The notes below the pieces were generated by a model. That model did no database searches. It had not been told where the DNA came from and was given only the letters and a program-made list of their open reading frames with translations. A stretch of DNA of 64,000 nt from Candidatus Poribacteria bacterium. GTDB lineage: Bacteria > Abyssobacteria > SURF-5. Below, piece by piece: positions 1-9,706 of the stretch (the first letter of the stretch is position 1; every line of letters starts with the position of its first letter). The stretch lies in NCBI GenBank assembly GCA_016215705.1, contig JACRIR010000051.1, forward strand, positions 7,771-71,770, given 5' to 3'. The position numbers and the translations under genes were made by a program.

Positions 1-1
1 T

Positions 2-3000
2 ATGCCTGCCCTTGCAATCACGGACCATGGCAACATGTTCGGCGTCATCGATTTCTGCAACGCTGCAAAAAAACGGAACATAAAGCCGATCGTCGGGTCG
101 GAAATGTACGTGGCAAAGGGCAAACGCTCGGATCGGAAGTCGACGGAAAAGACCAGAGACTATCATCATCTCACACTGCTCGTCATGGACGAGGAGGGAT
201 ATAAGAACCTCATGTTCTTGTCCGCGGCCAGCTTCCGTGAAGGATTCTACTACAAACCTCGCATTGATAAAGAAATCTTGAAGGGCCACGCCCGCGGACT
301 ATTGGCTCTCAGTGGATGCCTTGAAGGCGAGCCGGCCAGTTTCCTGTTGCAGGGAAAAAAAGAAAAGGCGCTTGCAGCTGTGAGGGCCTTCCAGGACATA
401 TTCGGTCCGGAAAACTATTACCTCGAGCTGCAGGACAACGGCCTGAATGAACAGAAGACGATCTTCCGGGGAATGATCGAGTTGGCGCGGCAGACGGGCG
501 CCGGCCTGGTGGCGACCAACGACGTGCACTATGTGGACAGGGGCGATGCTCTTGCCCAGGACGTGCTCATGTGTATTCAGACCAACACTACAATCAAGGA
601 CCCCAACAGGCTCCGGTTCAGCACGCAGGAATTCTACCTGAAATCGCCGGAGGAGATGGCAGCCCTCTTTGCCGAAGTCCCTGATGCCATCTCGAACACC
701 TTACAGGTGGCTGAGCGATGCAACTACAAATTCGGCCACGCTGAAGCGCATCTTCCTCATTTCGACGTGCCTAAAGGCTACACTGCGGACGGCTACCTGC
801 GCGAGTTGTGCGAGGAAGGTCTGAAACAGCGTTACCCCCACGTGACGCCTGATATTCGCAAGCGCCTCGACATGGAGATGGAAGTCATCGCCAAGATGGG
901 CTATTCCGGCTATTTCCTTATCGTGTCGGATTTCGTCAGGTTTGCGCGTTCCAAAAAAATACCCGTCGGCCCCGGCCGCGGTTCGGCCGCCGGAAGCTTG
1001 GCCGCATACCTTCTCGGAATCACAAACCTCGATCCACTCAAACACGGCCTCCTCTTCGAGCGATTCCTCAACCCCGAACGGGTTACTCTTCCCGACATTG
1101 ACATCGACTTCTGTTACGAGCGCCGGGGCGAAATAATCAATTACGTCATCGAGAAATATCATAAGGACAATGTCGCCCAGATAATAACATTCGGCACAAT
1201 GGCGGCCAAGGCGGCGATTCGTGACGTGGGGCGCGCTCTCGGGCTCCCCTATGGGAGAGTCGACCAGATAGCCAAGCTCGTGCCGAACGAATTGAACATA
1301 ACACTTAAAGACGCCATTGCTCGAGTTCCTGAGATGCAAACGATCATGAAGGAAGACCCTGAAGTGGCTCAATTGCTCGAGATAGCGCAGTCGCTCGAAG
1401 GAATTTCGCGGCACACGTCAACGCACGCTGCCGGCGTTGTCATCTCGCCGAGGCCCATATACGAATTCGCCCCTCTCTACCAAAGCAGCAACGGCGATGT
1501 TACCACCCAGTACTCAATGACGAATCTGGAAGCAATCGGCCTCCTGAAGATGGATTTCCTGGGGCTCAAGACATTAACGGTCATCGATCAAACGTTGCAG
1601 ATGGTGAAACACCTGCACGGAAAACAGATCGACATCGACAACCTTCCGCTCGACGATCCGGCCACGTTCAGGCTTCTCAACAATGCCCAGACACTCGGAG
1701 TGTTCCAACTTGAAAGTGCGGGCATGCGAGACCTCGCGCGGAAAGTCGGCATTGACCGCTTCGATGAGCTTGTCGCCGTCGTGGCCTTGTTCCGACCCGG
1801 TCCGATGAATATGTTGCCCGATTACATCAAGCGCAAACATGGAGAGATACCTATCGAGTATGAGACGCCCGAATTGGAGCCGATCCTGAAAGAGACCTAT
1901 GGTGTGATGCTGTACCAGGAACAGGTCATGAAGATAGCCAGTGATCTGGCCGGTTTCTCGCTGAGTGAAGCCGATATCCTGCGCAAGGCCATGGGAAAGA
2001 AAGAGCCGGCTATCATGGAGCGCAACCGTGAAGCGTTTGTGAACGGCGCCCTCCGCAACGGGATCGCGAAAGGTGTGGCGGAAGAGATTTTCAAGAAAAT
2101 GGCTCAATTCGCAGGCTACGGATTCAATAAGTCCCATAGCGCGGCCTACGCGCTTATCGCGTATCAAACGGCGTATCTGAAAGCGAATTATCCTATCGAG
2201 TACATGGCGGCCTTGCTCAGCAGCGAAATGGGGAACACGCCAAAGCTGGCGTCGTACATCGAAGAGTGCCGCAAAATGAACATATCGGTGCTGCCACCCG
2301 ACGTCAATATCAGCCATCTCAGGTTCACGGTGGCTGAGAACGAAATTCGTTTTGGCCTGGCAGCCGTGAAGAACGTAGGCGAAAACGCAATCAAAGCCAT
2401 AATCGAGGAAAGGCGCAAGGGCGGACCTTTTAAATCACTGTTCGATTTCTGTGCGCGCATAGATAGCCACCTTGTGAACAAGCGTGTTATCGAAAGCCTC
2501 GTGAAATGCGGGGCCTTTGACACACCTGTCGCAAAACGGAGCCGGATTTTCGGAGCGATAGACTCAGCCTTGGAACAGGGTCAATCCGTTCAGCACGACA
2601 AGGAGATTGGCCAGACACAACTGTTCGATCTCGCAGCCGCAGAGAGTTCGCCGGCGACCGTCCGCTATCCGGCGGTGGAGGAATGGCCGGACTTCAAGCA
2701 ACTGAAACATGAAAAGGAAGTGCTCGGCCTCTTCATTTCCGGGCACCCGCTGGCAAAGTTCGCCGATAGATTGCACTCACTCGCAACGACGGATTCCGTG
2801 CGGCTTCCCCAAACCAAAGACGGTGAGGCCGTCATTCTGGGCGGAATGGTTTCCAAGATCAAAACGCACGTGCCCAAGCAGAAACAAGAACGCATGGGGT
2901 TCGTTACTCTTGAGGATATGGACGGTTTTGTTGAAGTGGTTGTGTTCTCTGATCTGTTCAGCCGCGCCTCGAGTTTGCTCGAGGAGGATGCCATCATCAT

Positions 3001-3364
3001 GGTTTCGGGCAGGGCGAGCTACCGGGACGGAGAAGCAAAGGTCGTAGCTGAAGACATCGTGCCGCTCGAGAAGGCGGAAGAACAGTTCGCGCGCGCTGCC
3101 CACGTCAAGCTGATGACTGCGGGAATGGAGGAAAGCACGCTCGAGCAACTCGCAAATATAGTGAACGGCGCATCAGGTGGCTGCAAACTTTTCATTCACT
3201 GCGTCACGCCCGAGAACCAGGAGGTGATAGTTCAATGCTCTGTTGTCAAGGGTCTCAAGCCGGGCCCTCAGACCAGAGAACAGATCGAGAACCTCATGGG
3301 GCCCGGTTCAGTATGGTTCAGCATCAGCGCCGACCCCGTTCCCTCGTGCGCCCCCACGGAATGA
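2..3364 (+). CDS. dnaE: DNA polymerase III alpha subunit, 5'-truncated at window start (about 30 aa missing)
   Basis: 1120-aa ORF. PHP-domain motif AITDHGNMFG sits at the N-terminus. The polymerase core (GYSGYFLIV, FNKSHSAAY) and an OB-fold C-terminus are present. The ORF has no start codon inside the window. Confidence 0.95.
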   Translation: MPALAITDHGNMFGVIDFCNAAKKRNIKPIVGSEMYVAKGKRSDRKSTEKTRDYHHLTLLVMDEEGYKNLMFLSAASFREGFYYKPRIDKEILKGHARGLLALSGCLEGEPASFLLQGKKEKALAAVRAFQDIFGPENYYLELQDNGLNEQKTIFRGMIELARQTGAGLVATNDVHYVDRGDALAQDVLMCIQTNTTIKDPNRLRFSTQEFYLKSPEEMAALFAEVPDAISNTLQVAERCNYKFGHAEAHLPHFDVPKGYTADGYLRELCEEGLKQRYPHVTPDIRKRLDMEMEVIAKMGYSGYFLIVSDFVRFARSKKIPVGPGRGSAAGSLAAYLLGITNLDPLKHGLLFERFLNPERVTLPDIDIDFCYERRGEIINYVIEKYHKDNVAQIITFGTMAAKAAIRDVGRALGLPYGRVDQIAKLVPNELNITLKDAIARVPEMQTIMKEDPEVAQLLEIAQSLEGISRHTSTHAAGVVISPRPIYEFAPLYQSSNGDVTTQYSMTNLEAIGLLKMDFLGLKTLTVIDQTLQMVKHLHGKQIDIDNLPLDDPATFRLLNNAQTLGVFQLESAGMRDLARKVGIDRFDELVAVVALFRPGPMNMLPDYIKRKHGEIPIEYETPELEPILKETYGVMLYQEQVMKIASDLAGFSLSEADILRKAMGKKEPAIMERNREAFVNGALRNGIAKGVAEEIFKKMAQFAGYGFNKSHSAAYALIAYQTAYLKANYPIEYMAALLSSEMGNTPKLASYIEECRKMNISVLPPDVNISHLRFTVAENEIRFGLAAVKNVGENAIKAIIEERRKGGPFKSLFDFCARIDSHLVNKRVIESLVKCGAFDTPVAKRSRIFGAIDSALEQGQSVQHDKEIGQTQLFDLAAAESSPATVRYPAVEEWPDFKQLKHEKEVLGLFISGHPLAKFADRLHSLATTDSVRLPQTKDGEAVILGGMVSKIKTHVPKQKQERMGFVTLEDMDGFVEVVVFSDLFSRASSLLEEDAIIMVSGRASYRDGEAKVVAEDIVPLEKAEEQFARAAHVKLMTAGMEESTLEQLANIVNGASGGCKLFIHCVTPENQEVIVQCSVVKGLKPGPQTREQIENLMGPGSVWFSISADPVPSCAPTE

Positions 3365-3459
3365 TACAATTGTTGCGGACTTGAAACCAGCAAATAAACA
3401 GAGATGACGAGCGCGTTGGGAAAGGCCTAGTCAAATTCTATTTTGACGCCGCAGAAAAT

Positions 3460-3486
3460 GGGGACACAATGCTGCATCGTGTCCCC
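3460..3486. repeat. REP-like palindrome family A (GGGGACAC-ATGC-GCAT-GTGTCCCC), copy 1
   Basis: ggggacacaatgctgcatcgtgtcccc sits about 100 bp after the dnaE stop. The same palindrome recurs at least five more times in the window. Confidence 0.7.
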
Positions 3487-3679
3487 TATTTTCTTCCTCC
3501 AGTCCCCGACTTGTTTTGTAAGTCACAGGAAGACATGCTATAGTAGTGTCTCGTTGCATGGACTCGTGTCACAATACTTCCGCTGCAAAATCCCCCACCC
3601 ACCCTTTAGCGTAGGGGGGTTGCAAAACGATCTCTCGGGGTACGATCCGAGAGGGATTGCCTAACGAAAGGATGCGAGG

Positions 3680-5362
3680 ATGCGCACACTGTTCTACGGG
3701 TCTTGCCTGTCTCTCCTGCTGGTGCTTTTACCCTTACGCAATTCCACGGCGCAGGAATATCATATGCTCGACACCGAAGAAGCCTTCACGGTGGGCCAAG
3801 GGAATATTAGAACAGAAGTCGAGTTCGGTATCACCAAACAGCCCGATGCATCGGAATTATACAATATACCGCGTCTTCGGCTGACCTACGGATTGAGCGA
3901 GTGGGCCGACTTGGAATTGGAATATGAAGTTCTCGCCGTCAACGACACCGACTTCACTGAGTTTAGTGAAGGGACCACCAATGTGGACCATGACGACGCG
4001 GGTACAGGAGACCTGAGGATCAAACTCAAGGTCATTCCCTACGAATTTGGTCGGCATGACATGGGCTTTCAATTCATAACAAAACTTCCAAATGCTGATC
4101 AGCACGAAGGGCTTGGCACAAACGAGACCGATCTCACAGGGCAGGTTCTATTCTCCAGTGATTGGGGCCGACTCAAGACTCATGTTAACGCCGGCTTGGC
4201 TGTTCTCGGAGACCCGGCGAGGAATGGAAACCAAAACGACTTCTTGATATGGGGAGCGGGAGGGGAATACACTCTCACCGATTCTCTGACGCTGATGGGC
4301 GAAGTCGAAGGATCAACAGCGGCCGAACACGGCACGGAAGGCTTCACCGAGAATATCACCGAGGGCTCCGAAGGGAACGCGCGCGCAAGGGTGCGCTTTG
4401 CTCTCACCGGGCCGATTGGGCGATGGAGATGGGGAATCAGCGGATTCAAGGGCATCAATAGTCACACGGAAGACTGGGGAGCTCAGTTCGGCCTCAGCCG
4501 AACGTGGGGCATCGGCAGCTCAAGAGAGACCGCAAAGCCGCCGCTGGCGCGAGGAACCATCCCTGAATCCTACTTCAACCCTCTGAAGACAGAAGAAGCT
4601 TACACTATCGGCGAACATGACTTCCGCACTGAAATAGGCACCGCCTATGTCAGGCAACCAGACGAATCTGACCTCTATGTAATCCCGGATTTGACCGTGG
4701 GATGGGGGATTGGACCCTGGGCTGACCTGCAATTCGAGTTCCAGTATTTGAAAGTGAAAGATACCGTCCGGCTCGACGTGAACGAAGGTGTTCTCGAAGA
4801 TAACATCGATGCGAATGGGAGGGGCGACGTCAGAATGAAGTTCAAGGCGTCTCCTTTTGAATGTAAATACGGCAGACTGGGAATCCAATTCATCACGAAG
4901 GCGCCAAGCGCAAGTGACGACGACGCCCTCGGCACGGATGAAGTCGATTTTATAGCCAAGGGTCTTTTTTCTACCGATTGGTCGCAGTTCTTCGCAGACG
5001 GTCCATTCAGTCGTCTGAGAACACATCTCAATGCGGGTTTATCAGTACAGGGGGACCGAAACAGGTTGGGAATACAACGTGACTACCTGCTGTGGGGAGT
5101 CGCAGCCGATTACGACATCATGCCTTCGCTTACTCTCTGGGCGGAAGCAGAAGGTTCCGAATCCGGAAAAGACAGCGCCAACATATCCGAAGGTGACTTC
5201 GGTAAAGCATATGCGGAAGCGCGTGTCGGGCTCACAGGCCCTCTCCCCAAAATGGCTTTTCTCGAAGATTGGAAATGGGGCGTCACCGCTTCGGCAGGCC
5301 TCAGCAATCGCTCACGAGATTGGACTGCAAGCGTGGGTCTCAGCCACACGTGGGGATTATGA
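3680..5362 (+). CDS. hypothetical secreted or outer-membrane protein with internal tandem duplication of a ~270-aa module
   Basis: N-terminal signal peptide (MRTLFYGSCLSLLLVLLPLRNSTAQE). The two halves align, for example LDTEEAFTVGQGNIRTEVEFG against LKTEEAYTIGEHDFRTEIGTA. Both halves end with GLSRTWGI or GLSHTWGL. Alternating polar and aromatic stretches suggest beta strands. Confidence 0.6.
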   Translation: MRTLFYGSCLSLLLVLLPLRNSTAQEYHMLDTEEAFTVGQGNIRTEVEFGITKQPDASELYNIPRLRLTYGLSEWADLELEYEVLAVNDTDFTEFSEGTTNVDHDDAGTGDLRIKLKVIPYEFGRHDMGFQFITKLPNADQHEGLGTNETDLTGQVLFSSDWGRLKTHVNAGLAVLGDPARNGNQNDFLIWGAGGEYTLTDSLTLMGEVEGSTAAEHGTEGFTENITEGSEGNARARVRFALTGPIGRWRWGISGFKGINSHTEDWGAQFGLSRTWGIGSSRETAKPPLARGTIPESYFNPLKTEEAYTIGEHDFRTEIGTAYVRQPDESDLYVIPDLTVGWGIGPWADLQFEFQYLKVKDTVRLDVNEGVLEDNIDANGRGDVRMKFKASPFECKYGRLGIQFITKAPSASDDDALGTDEVDFIAKGLFSTDWSQFFADGPFSRLRTHLNAGLSVQGDRNRLGIQRDYLLWGVAADYDIMPSLTLWAEAEGSESGKDSANISEGDFGKAYAEARVGLTGPLPKMAFLEDWKWGVTASAGLSNRSRDWTASVGLSHTWGL

Positions 5363-5501
5363 TGCCGCGGGTGTAGCGGCCATGGTTCTTGAGACTGTCC
5401 CGTAATCACTCCTGTCCGAGACAATTAAGAACCATATCATGAATCTTGTGACCCGTGGGGTTTTTCGGTATATCTTGTAAGAGCAGACCTCTTTACTAAT
5501 T

Positions 5502-5550
5502 GGCGACCCTTTCGCCTTGGTTCGCCTTCCGCTTGGCTCCTCCCGCCTTT
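5502..5550. repeat. CTTTCGCC-motif repeat (family F), copy 1
   Basis: ctttcgccttggttcgccttccgcttgg. Related CTTTCGCC clusters lie at 43171-43215 and 60108-60135, and a reverse-complement copy at 60291-60312. Confidence 0.5.
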
Positions 5551-5680
5551 ACTGCGCTTGCCGCGCGTCCAGTGGCTGTAACTCGCTTGAGTTTTAGACC
5601 TCATATCCCCTATAATAAAAGCCAAACTAGTAGTCCTTTACATACAACGAGTTATAACTGGGAGGTATTGCCGGCGAGAG

Positions 5681-6577
5681 ATGAAAGGGGTAGTTTTGAG
5701 GTGGGTTGCAGGCGTCCTGAGATGGATATTCGCCCGATTGTCACCCGAGGTTGCGGGTTCTGTCGGGATAATCCTCGGAGATGTCGTGCGTGTTCTTGAC
5801 GCCAGGCATCGGCGAATAGCGCGCTTCAACCTCCGAATGGCCTTCGGCGCCTCAAAGTCAGAAAAAGAAGTAAAACAAATAGTACGGGACGTTTTCCGCA
5901 ATATTGGGCAGACAGCCGTAGAATTCATGCAAATCCCGTCTCTCACCTATGAAAAAGCCCTCAGCATGATTACTCCGGAACACCGTGAGAGACTGGACGA
6001 ATGCTTGCGGGCGGGAAGAGGCGTCGTACTGCTTGGCTCGCATTTCGGCAACTGGGAGCTCATGGCTGCCGCAGGCGCTATTGCCGGATATAGACTGTCG
6101 GCTGTGGCCAGGCCGCTTGACGATCCGGACCTGGAGAGAATAGTCCGCGGAATCAGGGAATCGTCCGGACTTTGCATAATCCCGCGGCGCACGTCGGCGC
6201 TCGCAATAGTGAGGAAATTCAAGCGAAACGAGATCGTAGGCGTTCTCGCCGACCAGAATACAAGAAAACAGAACGTCTTTGTGGATTTCTTCGGGGTGAA
6301 GGCCGCAACGACACCCGGACCGGCGCTGCTCGCCATGAAAACCGGCGCCATTCTTGTGCCCGCATTCATGCTGCGTGAAGCGCGCGGCAAACACAAGCTC
6401 ATAATCGAGAAACCGATTGAAGTGATACGGACGGGTGATGAGGAGGCGGATGTGGTCGCCATGACTCAGAAATGCGCTGCCATTCTGGAAGAGTATGTCA
6501 GAAGATATCCGGAGCAATGGTTTTGGGTCCACAGGCGCTGGAGGACCCGGCCTCCCGGAGAACCGCCCCTTTATTAG
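5681..6577 (+). CDS. lipid A biosynthesis late acyltransferase (LpxL/HtrB family, lysophospholipid acyltransferase superfamily)
   Basis: 298 aa. Carries the GSHFGNWE motif characteristic of Kdo2-lipid IVA acyltransferases and sits adjacent to the heptose-pathway genes. Confidence 0.75.
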   Translation: MKGVVLRWVAGVLRWIFARLSPEVAGSVGIILGDVVRVLDARHRRIARFNLRMAFGASKSEKEVKQIVRDVFRNIGQTAVEFMQIPSLTYEKALSMITPEHRERLDECLRAGRGVVLLGSHFGNWELMAAAGAIAGYRLSAVARPLDDPDLERIVRGIRESSGLCIIPRRTSALAIVRKFKRNEIVGVLADQNTRKQNVFVDFFGVKAATTPGPALLAMKTGAILVPAFMLREARGKHKLIIEKPIEVIRTGDEEADVVAMTQKCAAILEEYVRRYPEQWFWVHRRWRTRPPGEPPLY

Positions 6578-6659
6578 TGATGAGCTTCTTGAGTACAGGA
6601 AGAGCGGCAGTGAAGGGCTCAGGTAGCAAGGCGCCGCGTGGCAGGCGCGTGAGGGAAAA

Positions 6660-7616
6660 ATGGCAAGAACAAGGCGATACAAACCCGCGAATCTCACGAA
6701 AGTGAGAACACATAGCATCAAGAGCCGGAAAACCAAAGTGTCGCTGCGGCAGTTTGCATCGCTGCCGGAGCCCGACGCAAGTTTCACCGAGTTTCTGGCT
6801 TCACTCCCGGATGTCCTCGCCGTCACTCGCCTCAGGAACTTAATCAACGATATTCTTTCCGCCCGAAAAGCCGACAGGCCCGTCGTGGCCGCGTTCGGTG
6901 GACATGTCGTAAAGTGCGGGCTTGGACCCATTATCATAGATTTGATGCGAAGAGGATTCATAACCGCCATCGCGATGCATGGGGCGACGGCTATTCATGA
7001 CTATGAGATCTCGCTCATAGGTCAGACCTCCGAGGACGTGGAGGCAGTCTTGAAGGATGGCTCGTTCGGCATGGCGCGTGAGACTCCTCATGCGTTCGGG
7101 CGCGCCGCGAAGCTGGCATCTAGAAAGCGAGTGGGCCTCGGGCGCGCACTCGGCGATCTGATATTATCGGAGAAGAATCCGTATTCGCCGTTCAGTATTC
7201 TCGGCGCTGCCGCTGATCTCGATACTCCCGCCGCCGTAATGCTTGCGCTTGGGACCGACACCGTTTGCATGCATCCGGACTTCAATGCTGAAAAGCTGGC
7301 TGCCGCCAGCTACGTTGATTTCCGCACTCTTGTGTCGATTGCCGCCGATCTCGAAGGGGGAGTCTGGATGAATATCGGTTCCGCTGTAATTCTGCCCGAA
7401 GTATTCCTGAAGGTATTGAGCGTTGCTCGAAACATGGGCAACCGGGTCGAAAAGTTCACCACCGCCAACCTCGACATGAATCAGCACTATCGTCCGAATA
7501 CCAATGTTGTGGGCAGGCCCACGAAGCGCGGGTATTCAATAACAGGCCACCACGAGATCATGACGCCGCTGCTGCGCATGGGAATTATTTCCGCGGCCAA
7601 AGGAAAGATTCTGTGA
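6660..7616 (+). CDS. deoxyhypusine synthase (DHS)-like family protein, function unknown
   Basis: 318 aa. VVAAFGGHVVKCGLGPIIIDLMRRGFITAIAMHGATAIHD resembles the DHS GG-x-TTGGG-EED NAD-binding segment. EKNPYSPFSILGAAADLDT resembles the DHS motif KN-x-x-x-FSPALTDGSLGD. The start is uncertain because the basic N-terminus may be an extension. There is a 4-bp overlap with hldE. Confidence 0.4.
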   Translation: MARTRRYKPANLTKVRTHSIKSRKTKVSLRQFASLPEPDASFTEFLASLPDVLAVTRLRNLINDILSARKADRPVVAAFGGHVVKCGLGPIIIDLMRRGFITAIAMHGATAIHDYEISLIGQTSEDVEAVLKDGSFGMARETPHAFGRAAKLASRKRVGLGRALGDLILSEKNPYSPFSILGAAADLDTPAAVMLALGTDTVCMHPDFNAEKLAAASYVDFRTLVSIAADLEGGVWMNIGSAVILPEVFLKVLSVARNMGNRVEKFTTANLDMNQHYRPNTNVVGRPTKRGYSITGHHEIMTPLLRMGIISAAKGKIL

Positions 7617-9094
7617 GGGAAGGGCTAATCTCTCGTCTGGAAACGACACAGAACCCGGCCATTCTTGTGACCGGCGACATCATGCTCGATATGTACGTGT
7701 GGGGGAACGTTGAACGGATTTCTCCGGAGGCGCCGGTCCAGGTGCTAAAGATAGAGTCCGAGGAGCCGCGTCCGGGCGGAGCCGGCAACGTGGCGGCGAA
7801 CCTCTCCGCACTCGGCGCAAGGGTCTCCTGCTGCGGCATTGTCGGTGACGATGCTAATGGCCGCCTGCTTTGCCGGCTGCTCGGAAAGCTCCGAGTCGAC
7901 ACATCCGGAATGCTGCGGGATAAGGAGCGCCCCACTACGGTAAAGACGCGAATGATCGCCCACGGTCAACAGTTGCTGCGGGTGGACAAAGAAGAGACAC
8001 GACCTCCCACGGAAACAATTGAGAAGAAGTTGCTTGAGCGCATAAACGCTTTGCTGCCCTCGTGCGACGCCGTGCTGCTATCAGACTATGGGAAGGGCAC
8101 TCTGTCTGACGACGCAATCAGGAAGATTGTGGCGGCCTCCAATAAGAACCATAAGCCTGTCCTTGTCGATCCCGCCAGGCATCGCTCTGTCGAGTCTTAC
8201 AGACAGTGCACCGTATTGAAACCGAATCGCACCGAAGCCGCTCTGGCCGCCGGCATGCAGATAACGGACGAGGTTTCGCTGGAAGCTGCGGCAACGAGAT
8301 TGCTCGACGTCTCCAAAGCCATGTGCGTTCTTGTAACCGAGGGAAGCAATGGGATGACGGTTTTCAGGAAGTCATCCGAACCGCTGCACGTCGGCGGTCT
8401 GAGTCGCCCCGTTTATGACATTACCGGCGCGGGTGACACCGTTCTGAGCCTCCTGGGATACGTTCTCGCCGGCGGGGGAACTATTGAGGAAGCCGCCGAG
8501 ATCGCAAATGTCGCGGGGAGCATCGTCGTAGGCAAGCTCGGCGCCGCGCCGGTCACGAAGCAGGAAATCATCCGAGAATTGATGAGTTTTCAGCACGTTG
8601 CGTCCCACAAAATCAAGACAAGCGACGAAATTGCGGCGGTCTGTAGGGAACACAGGCGGCGAAAAGAAAAAATCGTATTTACGAATGGCTGCTTTGACTT
8701 GCTCCACGTCGGCCACATAAAGCTTTTTCAGTTCGCCAAAAACAATGGGGAGGTTCTTGTCGTCGGACTGAACTCGGATGCCTCGGTGAGAAAGCTCAAG
8801 GGGCCCTCAAGGCCGCTGCTGAAACAGACCGAGCGGGCATACATCCTGTCGGCGCTCGAACAGATTGATTACATTGTCGTGTTCGAGGAGACTACTCCGC
8901 TGAAACTCATCAAGGTGGTCAAGCCCGATGTTCTTGTGAAAGGCGCTGATTATACCAGGGACACGGTCGTCGGCAGGGATTTTGTGGAGTCTTACGGCGG
9001 ACGTGTTGAACTTGCTCCACTCGTGGAAGGCGCATCTAGTTCCGGCATCATGTCGCGGATTGTCAATAACAAAAACATCCCTCAGAAATCGTGA
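7613..9094 (+). CDS. hldE: bifunctional D-glycero-beta-D-manno-heptose-7-phosphate kinase / heptose-1-phosphate adenylyltransferase
   Basis: 493 aa. N-terminal pfkB-type sugar kinase domain, and a C-terminal cytidylyltransferase domain with FTNGCFDLLHVGHIKLF. Uses a GTG start. Confidence 0.9.
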   Translation: MREGLISRLETTQNPAILVTGDIMLDMYVWGNVERISPEAPVQVLKIESEEPRPGGAGNVAANLSALGARVSCCGIVGDDANGRLLCRLLGKLRVDTSGMLRDKERPTTVKTRMIAHGQQLLRVDKEETRPPTETIEKKLLERINALLPSCDAVLLSDYGKGTLSDDAIRKIVAASNKNHKPVLVDPARHRSVESYRQCTVLKPNRTEAALAAGMQITDEVSLEAAATRLLDVSKAMCVLVTEGSNGMTVFRKSSEPLHVGGLSRPVYDITGAGDTVLSLLGYVLAGGGTIEEAAEIANVAGSIVVGKLGAAPVTKQEIIRELMSFQHVASHKIKTSDEIAAVCREHRRRKEKIVFTNGCFDLLHVGHIKLFQFAKNNGEVLVVGLNSDASVRKLKGPSRPLLKQTERAYILSALEQIDYIVVFEETTPLKLIKVVKPDVLVKGADYTRDTVVGRDFVESYGGRVELAPLVEGASSSGIMSRIVNNKNIPQKS

Positions 9095-9103
9095 AAGGTC
9101 TCC

Positions 9104-9706
9104 ATGACTTTGGCAAATCGAGCAGTGTTCCTCGACCGCGACGGAACCATCAACGAAGAATGCGGCTACCTGAACCATCCGGACCGGCTGAGGCTGATCG
9201 AAGGAGCCCCCGAGGCTGTCGCGCTGCTTAATCGTCACGGATTCAAGACGATCGTGGTGTCGAATCAGTCCGGGGTCGCCCGGGGGTATTTCCCCGAAAA
9301 ACTCCTGGGAGCCCTTCACGACAAGATTCAGGCCCTTCTCAAGGCGCATGGCGCAGCCCTGGACGCGATATATTACTGCCCTCATCACTCCAGCGTCGGC
9401 GAGCCGCCTTACAGGCAGGATTGCGAATGCCGGAAACCGAAACTCGGAATGATTCACAGGGCTGAAATAGAATTTGCGGTCGATGCGCGACGCTCCTATA
9501 TGGTCGGCGATAAACTGAGCGACGTCGAGTTCGGAAAGCGCGCGGGCTGCAAGACTATTCTGGTTCTGACGGGCTATGGCAAGGGCGAATGGGAATACAA
9601 TCGGGAGAAATGCCCCGTGAAACCGGACTACGTTGCGGCGGATGTCCTCGGCGCCGCAAGGTGGATTGTCAATGACCTGAAAAACCGGGAACAGAGTCCA
9701 CGATGA
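9104..9706 (+). CDS. gmhB: D,D-heptose 1,7-bisphosphate phosphatase (HAD family)
   Basis: 200 aa with the HAD motif FLDRDGTIN and a Cys-rich zinc site (CPHH...CECRKP), typical of GmhB. Confidence 0.85.
   Translation: MTLANRAVFLDRDGTINEECGYLNHPDRLRLIEGAPEAVALLNRHGFKTIVVSNQSGVARGYFPEKLLGALHDKIQALLKAHGAALDAIYYCPHHSSVGEPPYRQDCECRKPKLGMIHRAEIEFAVDARRSYMVGDKLSDVEFGKRAGCKTILVLTGYGKGEWEYNREKCPVKPDYVAADVLGAARWIVNDLKNREQSPR

Noticed and set aside
1574-2317. 247-aa ORF on the minus strand inside dnaE (and similar antisense ORFs inside other long genes, for example 10420-11211, 20145-21002, 31515-32156, 54567-55304)
   Set aside because: These are shadow ORFs, typical of GC-rich DNA. They are fully contained within strongly supported genes on the opposite strand and show no recognisable protein features.
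6578-6659. Expected gmhA (sedoheptulose-7-phosphate isomerase, SIS domain) in the heptose cluster
   Set aside because: No SIS-domain ORF is present anywhere in the cluster. The only unassigned gene there (6660-7616) resembles deoxyhypusine synthase, not SIS.
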